NCBI GenBank assembly: GCA_964585875.1
Contig: CAZPGC010000006.1
Span: 1,879-41,495 of the forward strand
Source: an uncultured Prolixibacteraceae bacterium
Lineage (GTDB): Bacteria > Bacteroidota > Bacteroidia > Bacteroidales > UBA1556
Direction: 5' to 3'
Length of the DNA: 39,617 bases
Shown here: positions 34,647 through 39,617 of the stretch, in pieces
Position numbering within the stretch: the stretch's first letter is position 1
Layout of the letters: the number at the start of each line of letters is the position of its first letter
Made by a program: the position numbers and the translations under genes
Notes under the pieces: generated by a model
What the model was told of the DNA's origin: nothing
The model's database searches: none
What the model saw: only the letters and a program-made list of their open reading frames with translations

Positions 34647-35492
34647 TCACAAATTTTGAAAACGTCCTTCATAAAGAATTTTGTTTCCGTTTTTGCTTTG
34701 CTCGGTCCAAAGGGGTTTCAAGCCCAATTGCCGGTTTATCTCCACGCTGTCGTGCCTTTTTGTAAACGAGGCGAAGAGATAGTCGTCGAAGGCATTATCC
34801 CTGAAAAAACGCAGCAGAGGACTCACCAAATAAAGCACGCCGGTATTGGAATCGGCGGTGAGGCTGTAGGCATAAAAAACAGTCGGCACGCCGGTTTTAG
34901 GGTTAATCAAATCGGATGCTTTTATGTCTTTGTTGGCAATTTCGCGCTTCTTCAGCTTGGAATAAATAGGGTTCGGCAAGGGCAAAATAAGACAATGACC
35001 GCCATAGAATCCGGCTTCGTCCTCAAGGTAAAGATTTAACTCGGGCAGCAAGCTCACGGCTTGTTCCAAAACGGCTTTTCCCACAACACTTTCCCTGCCG
35101 TATAAAACGCTTGCATAAAGCATAACGGTTTCCAACTCTTTTTGTATATCGATTGTATGAACACGCTCTGTTTTAAGGTCGATGTTTTTAAGCAAAGTGG
35201 CCGCATCGGGTAAAGGCTTTTCCACCGACGATAAAGAATATTTCCGCAAACGGAAATCGTAAAAAGTAGGAATGGGATTTATGGTGTTAAGGTTTCGCAC
35301 CAACTGATAAGGCAGCAGAGTGACTTTCACCATCTCGGCTTCTTTTTCGGGTTTCAAAAGCGTATCGTTGCGCTCCCAACGCTGCACGGTACGAATGTCA
35401 ACGTTGAGCCAAGAAGCCAAATCGCTTTGCGAAACCCCGTAAGTGTCTCTGAAATCGCTCAGCAAATCCCCGAAATTTGTATATTTCTTCAT
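34647..35492 (-). CDS. XRE-type HTH protein fused to an unrecognised ~215-aa C-terminal domain
   Basis: The tracked ORF starts at TTG 35513, and ATG 35492 gives MKKYTNFGDLLSDF. The HTH is YGVSQSDLASWLNVDIRTVQRWERN. The remainder has no motif I can name. Confidence 0.65.
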   Translation of the reverse strand: MKKYTNFGDLLSDFRDTYGVSQSDLASWLNVDIRTVQRWERNDTLLKPEKEAEMVKVTLLPYQLVRNLNTINPIPTFYDFRLRKYSLSSVEKPLPDAATLLKNIDLKTERVHTIDIQKELETVMLYASVLYGRESVVGKAVLEQAVSLLPELNLYLEDEAGFYGGHCLILPLPNPIYSKLKKREIANKDIKASDLINPKTGVPTVFYAYSLTADSNTGVLYLVSPLLRFFRDNAFDDYLFASFTKRHDSVEINRQLGLKPLWTEQSKNGNKILYEGRFQNL

Positions 35493-35517
35493 AAAATCCC
35501 TCCGTAAAAACAAGTTT

Positions 35518-35525
35518 CAAAGATA
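35518..35525 (-). promoter_or_regulatory. -7 promoter box (TATCTTTG on the minus strand) for the HTH gene
   Basis: TAnnTTTG match 26 nt upstream of ATG 35492. Confidence 0.45.
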
Positions 35526-35599
35526 TTAAAAAGCGTTAAAAACCCGCTTTTCTTTTCCACCCGACATCCCGTGTCGTATGCCGCGGCCATAGCGGAATA

Positions 35600-35607
35600 T
35601 ATTTTTG
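35600..35607 (+). promoter_or_regulatory. -7 promoter box (TATTTTTG) for the divergent 83-aa ORF
   Basis: TAnnTTTG match 38 nt upstream of ATG 35645. Confidence 0.45.
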
Positions 35608-35644
35608 CCCTGTTAAATCGAATGAATAAGCAAACTTTAAAACT

Positions 35645-35896
35645 ATGATACATCAAAGGTTATATGAAATTCAGGAGCAGACTCTCGCAAACATTTCAAG
35701 AGAGCAAAAACGATTGGAAACCGTTCTTACCATCCGCGATATTTTGTCGGCTATCGATTATTCGGCGGAGGTGCTGCCGGTGAATAACAAGGAAAAGTTG
35801 ATACGCTTTTTGGACTCTCTGAAAAAAAAGCCTTTAACCGGCAACGAGATTAAAGTTTTGGAGGAAATAATAAGCGACAAAACGGAAGTTAATTGA
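35645..35896 (+). CDS. hypothetical small helical protein (83 aa)
   Basis: ATG-initiated ORF with its own consensus promoter. The sequence is charged and helix-prone, and I recognise no family. Confidence 0.45.
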   Translation: MIHQRLYEIQEQTLANISREQKRLETVLTIRDILSAIDYSAEVLPVNNKEKLIRFLDSLKKKPLTGNEIKVLEEIISDKTEVN

Positions 35897-36091
35897 AATG
35901 TATAATGCAAATAAAAGCATTAATAAAAGAAAATTGGTTTCAACATATAAGACTTTGTCGGCCGCTTTTTTATAGAAAATTTTGGTTAAGGTTTATCAAA
36001 CGGGCGTCAAAAGTTCAGGAGGTGCAGCATTCCTTTGAAACACTGCTGATTCCGTGTTAAAAACCGGAAAAAAGGGCTACCCCCTATAAAT

Positions 36092-36124
36092 AAAGCCGTT
36101 GCTTGATGCAACGGCTTTTGTTTT
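36092..36124. terminator. bidirectional intrinsic terminator
   Basis: 11-bp stem AAAGCCGTTGC-TTGAT-GCAACGGCTTT. It is followed by TTTTGTTTT on the plus strand and TTTATTTAT on the minus strand, and lies about 60 nt downstream of the T9SS protein stop. Confidence 0.7.
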
Positions 36125-36184
36125 ACAATCTACTTTTATTGCGTGCCCATATAAACAAATAAGGATTTCGTTTTCTCTTAAGAC

Positions 36185-39100
36185 TTATTCCACAAAAAAT
36201 TTCTTACGTATTATTTTTCCGTCAGTGTTTATCTCTATAAAATATACACCCGCCTTCATTGAAGGCAAGTTAACTTTTACAATCCCCGAACGAACAACAA
36301 CGGCGGTTTTGTAAATTTCTTTACCGGTGGCGCTAAAAATGCGTATTTCAGCTTTACCATTATATCCGTCTTTGAACAAAAGATTTATATCGCTATATTT
36401 CATTGGGTTAGGCCACAACACCACTTCTTTTGTTTTTGTTGAAACGGTAACCGGTTGCGAATAAACGAATTTTCCGTCGAAGTCAACTTGTTTGAGCCGG
36501 TAATAGGAAATTCCCTCCAAAGGAGCAACATCATTGAAATTGTAATTCATAGGAATATTGCTGGTACCTGCAGCTTTTACTTTGCCTATTGTCTCATAAT
36601 TATAATTGTCGGCCGAGCGCTGAATTTCAAAATAATCGGAGTTTATTTCCGTTGCCGTAGCCCATTTCACCACAACCTCATCGTTGAGAGCTTCTGCCGA
36701 AAACGAAAGCAAATTAACAGGTAATATGGTAGCTCCGTCGGCTTGGTCTCTTGCTCCGTATTCGCTGAAAGAAGTGAGTCCGGTGAAGCTCACGTGGTTT
36801 GTATTTATGTTCATTAAATTCGCATTGGTTGTTTGAATAATAGTGCCGCCGGAAATCTTTGTGGGGATGATATCAGCTTCATTACCAACCACATCATTCT
36901 GTTCGTAGTAATAATCAACGTCATAATTGTAGCTGCTTAATCCTCCGTTTTGTTCAAGTGTCCACGAGCGATTAATGTATGAAGTGCTTGTTAAATCACC
37001 TGAAGCCGAAGGAGTTAGATTCATTGTAATATAAGCTCCCGAGGCTATTGAAGCACTTGTTAAATTGAAGGTAAACGGAGTGTAATTGGTGCCGTCGCCA
37101 AGTGGGAAAGTAAAAGATCCCACAGAAGGATAAGTGCATTTTACCACACCTGTTCCCGAGGTTATGATGTGTGAGGAGGCCCCTGCTCCCGTCAAGGAAG
37201 TGCTTTTATCAATTGTTAAATCAAAATTGCCGATATCCAAATCGCCGGAAGTGAATGTTATTTGGTCGGAGATAGTGGTGTTTTCTTTCAAAAGCACATT
37301 GCCCGAACTTTTTACTATGGATATTTTTTTGAGGTCGTTTCCGTTTGAATAAACGAGTTGGTCGGCAGTGCCGTTGAAAGTAAGGGTGTTGTTCCCCGGT
37401 GTATAGGCTCCTTTTATCTTCAAATTACCCGTGAGACTTAAATTATAACCGTTCAGTTGTAAATCACAATTGGGGTCAACAATAACATCCCCGCTTACGT
37501 TTATATCGGCATTCAATTTTGTTACCCCCTGTCCCGTAGCGGCTGTATTTGTAACATATAATTCATTACAACTCAGTCCGCTTCCGAGGGTTTTTGTAAT
37601 GCCGTCGGGGGTTTCAATTTCCAAAATGTTATAAGAACAAACGGTATTAATTGTCTGTGACGAAGATCCCGAGTAATAGAAAGTACCTGTTCCTGACACA
37701 ATATTAGAGTTGCTGTTGACACTAATGAAAGACGAAAGGTCGAAAGTGCCTGAGTTTAAATACAATCTGTCGGAGGAACTTCCGAATGACAAATTGGTAG
37801 ATTTCAAGGTATAGGAAGAAAGAGAAAGGGAACTTCCGTTTTGAAGAGTAAACTTTTTAATACGACCGGTATTGGATGACAGAGTATAAGAAGCATTTTC
37901 AAGAATAAACTTCACATTGGTAAAGGTACCTGTACCTCCGAAGGTTTTTGAGCTTCCCTTTAAATATATGGGCAGAATGTTAAGTGTGGTACCCTGCGTC
38001 AGGGTGCCGTTATTAGTAAAATTACCGTGAACAAAAAACGCATAATTTGTATTTAGCGATGAAGCGGTTACATTTAAAGCAGCTCCTGTTCTGATAAGTA
38101 TATCGTTACAGGCATTATTGGTAGCCGTATAAATTGTCGGGCTGTAAGGAGTTCCGGAAGGAATGGTAACGTTATCATATTGAGTTGGAATTTGACCTCC
38201 CGCCCAATTATCCTTATCACCCCAATCTGTGCTTTTTGTCCCTGTCCAAGTATAATCGTCGGCAATAAGTCTATCGCCCGCAGGATCTTCTTTTGAGGCG
38301 GGATATGTTGACCCTCCGATGGTTATATCATCTTTACCTATCAAAGCATCGAGCCTGTCACCCGAAGTTGCAGTGGATTTTAAATCATAGGTAAGCCATA
38401 AGTAATTATCACCTCCCGACAGTTCGTGATTCAATGAAGAGAATGAAGCAAAATATGATTTGTTGTACGTTGAGGACCCCAAAAGATTGGAGGTTGAAAA
38501 TGCGGAACTCGAGGTAGCATACAATTTCACTCCCGAGCTAACGATGTCAATGCTGGTATGAGCATTATCGGTTGCGGTAAAATCCGTCAGTTTTAAAATG
38601 CCAAGACCCGGATTTACGTTTATTTTCACCTTTAAAATCTGACCGTTGGTTGCGCCGGGAGCAATACGGGCGGTAGATGCCTGTGTAACCGTAATGCTGT
38701 TAACCGATTTTTTGCTGTGGGTATATTCGATATAGGTGTCTCCTTTTAGTTTATCTACATCATTGTAGTAATTGTAATATCCTGATACTCCGCTATGTAA
38801 GCCTATATCTACATTATTTTGTGAAGTCAGGATATCTTTTATTTTTATCACAATTTTATACGATGACTCATATAAACTGACTTGTGCATCAACCGTAGGA
38901 ATGGCACTGATGGAGTTTGCCGGTACTAACAGATTATCATATTCAATGGTGAGAATCCTGTTGGGAGCCGTTCCCGTAACTTTGTAATAAACCTTAGCCG
39001 GATTGGGACCTGCCGACGAAGAGGCCAAATCGTCGTACAATGCCAAAGCTATAATCTGACCTAAAGATGTGGCTGATGATGACAAAGAATAGGAACTGGC

Positions 39101-39445
39101 TGCTGTTGCACTAAAATTTGCAAGGCCGTCAAACCTGATAAAACCATTGGTGCAGATACTAATCATATCGCTTCCTCCCGTATAATTATCATCATAAAAA
39201 CTGAAATCAAAGGGTAAAACCAATCCGTATCTGCCGTTATCAGCGTTGCCGGCAAACATTCCGCTTGTTATTTCAGTGCCTCCGGCGCTTGTAGAACAAT
39301 CGATCCACAAATAAGATGATGTTGTGGACAAAGAACCGTCGGTACGGTTATAATTCCACGATGCATGTTGGGCTAAAAGTGAAAACGAGGGAAAAAGTAA
39401 AAAAATAAAAATGCCCTTTCCGAAAAAAGTTAATAAATTTTTCAT
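36185..39445 (-). CDS. large T9SS-secreted cell-surface protein (putative adhesin, function unknown)
   Basis: 1086-aa ORF with a signal peptide (IFIFLLFPSFSLLAQ). A Thr/Ser/Asn/Gly-rich beta-type middle region is followed by the C-terminus WPNPMKY...GVYFIEINTDGKIIRKKFFVE, a T9SS sorting domain. Confidence 0.8.
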   Translation of the reverse strand: MKNLLTFFGKGIFIFLLFPSFSLLAQHASWNYNRTDGSLSTTSSYLWIDCSTSAGGTEITSGMFAGNADNGRYGLVLPFDFSFYDDNYTGGSDMISICTNGFIRFDGLANFSATAASSYSLSSSATSLGQIIALALYDDLASSSAGPNPAKVYYKVTGTAPNRILTIEYDNLLVPANSISAIPTVDAQVSLYESSYKIVIKIKDILTSQNNVDIGLHSGVSGYYNYYNDVDKLKGDTYIEYTHSKKSVNSITVTQASTARIAPGATNGQILKVKINVNPGLGILKLTDFTATDNAHTSIDIVSSGVKLYATSSSAFSTSNLLGSSTYNKSYFASFSSLNHELSGGDNYLWLTYDLKSTATSGDRLDALIGKDDITIGGSTYPASKEDPAGDRLIADDYTWTGTKSTDWGDKDNWAGGQIPTQYDNVTIPSGTPYSPTIYTATNNACNDILIRTGAALNVTASSLNTNYAFFVHGNFTNNGTLTQGTTLNILPIYLKGSSKTFGGTGTFTNVKFILENASYTLSSNTGRIKKFTLQNGSSLSLSSYTLKSTNLSFGSSSDRLYLNSGTFDLSSFISVNSNSNIVSGTGTFYYSGSSSQTINTVCSYNILEIETPDGITKTLGSGLSCNELYVTNTAATGQGVTKLNADINVSGDVIVDPNCDLQLNGYNLSLTGNLKIKGAYTPGNNTLTFNGTADQLVYSNGNDLKKISIVKSSGNVLLKENTTISDQITFTSGDLDIGNFDLTIDKSTSLTGAGASSHIITSGTGVVKCTYPSVGSFTFPLGDGTNYTPFTFNLTSASIASGAYITMNLTPSASGDLTSTSYINRSWTLEQNGGLSSYNYDVDYYYEQNDVVGNEADIIPTKISGGTIIQTTNANLMNINTNHVSFTGLTSFSEYGARDQADGATILPVNLLSFSAEALNDEVVVKWATATEINSDYFEIQRSADNYNYETIGKVKAAGTSNIPMNYNFNDVAPLEGISYYRLKQVDFDGKFVYSQPVTVSTKTKEVVLWPNPMKYSDINLLFKDGYNGKAEIRIFSATGKEIYKTAVVVRSGIVKVNLPSMKAGVYFIEINTDGKIIRKKFFVE

Positions 39446-39517
39446 AATTCAAATATTATAGCAGTTAGTTAATAAATCACCTTTAAATAATTATAGCAGC
39501 TTCTCGTAAAAAACAGG

Positions 39518-39525
39518 CAAATATA
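39518..39525 (-). promoter_or_regulatory. -7 promoter box (TATATTTG on the minus strand) for the T9SS surface-protein gene
   Basis: TAnnTTTG match 73 nt upstream of ATG 39445. Confidence 0.4.
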
Positions 39526-39617
39526 TAAAATATATTTAAATTTTTGAATATGAATGGCGTAAAAAGTCAGTTTTACAGCTAATATATAATTAGTCTTATT
39601 TTAATTTGTAACAATTT

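Noticed and set aside
35976-36091. AGGAGG sequence at 36018-36023 as the ribosome-binding site of another mini-ORF.
   Set aside because: No ATG, GTG or TTG-initiated ORF of meaningful length follows within 15 nt. The best candidate is TTG-AAA-CAC-TGC-TGA, only four codons long and about 17 nt downstream.

Overview
This looks like a chromosomal segment from a Bacteroidota genome. TAnnTTTG -7 promoter boxes precede most operons, there are essentially no Shine-Dalgarno sites, and two secreted proteins end in type-9-secretion (T9SS) sorting domains.

About 33 tightly packed protein genes are supported, and most are core metabolism:
- pta / Hbd-like dehydrogenase / ackA
- trmO
- a polyprenyl-diphosphate synthase and a MORN-variant repeat lipoprotein
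- methylmalonyl-CoA mutase mutA/mutB
- a T9SS-secreted endonuclease I, translationally coupled to queD and followed by a TIGR02757/DUF2400-like gene
- ispD and queA
- an A2-type caa3 cytochrome oxidase cluster in the order SCO, subunits I, III, IV, II, then heme-O synthase
- PadR plus a PspC-domain membrane protein
- an rsmD operon with two proteins of unknown function
- a GNAT-like / SDR / Aur1-like PAP2 operon
- a small GIY-YIG protein, an MFS transporter, maeB and an orphan FtsX-type permease
- an HTH-fusion regulator divergent from tiny ORFs
- a 1086-aa T9SS surface protein

I saw no rRNA, tRNA, CRISPR array, integrase, transposase or phage gene. I also cannot point to a clear-cut novel multi-gene system such as a defence island.

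The most promising unexplained items are:
1. the GNAT-like/SDR/Aur1-like lipid-type operon (25.9-28.9 kb)
2. the nuclease-queD-DUF2400-(ispD)-queA neighbourhood (11.7-15.8 kb)
3. the HTH-fusion gene with divergent mini-ORFs (34.6-36.1 kb)
4. several strong palindromic operator-like sites and an orphan terminator-like hairpin in the intergenic regions

All family assignments rest on motifs I recognise by eye. No database search was run.
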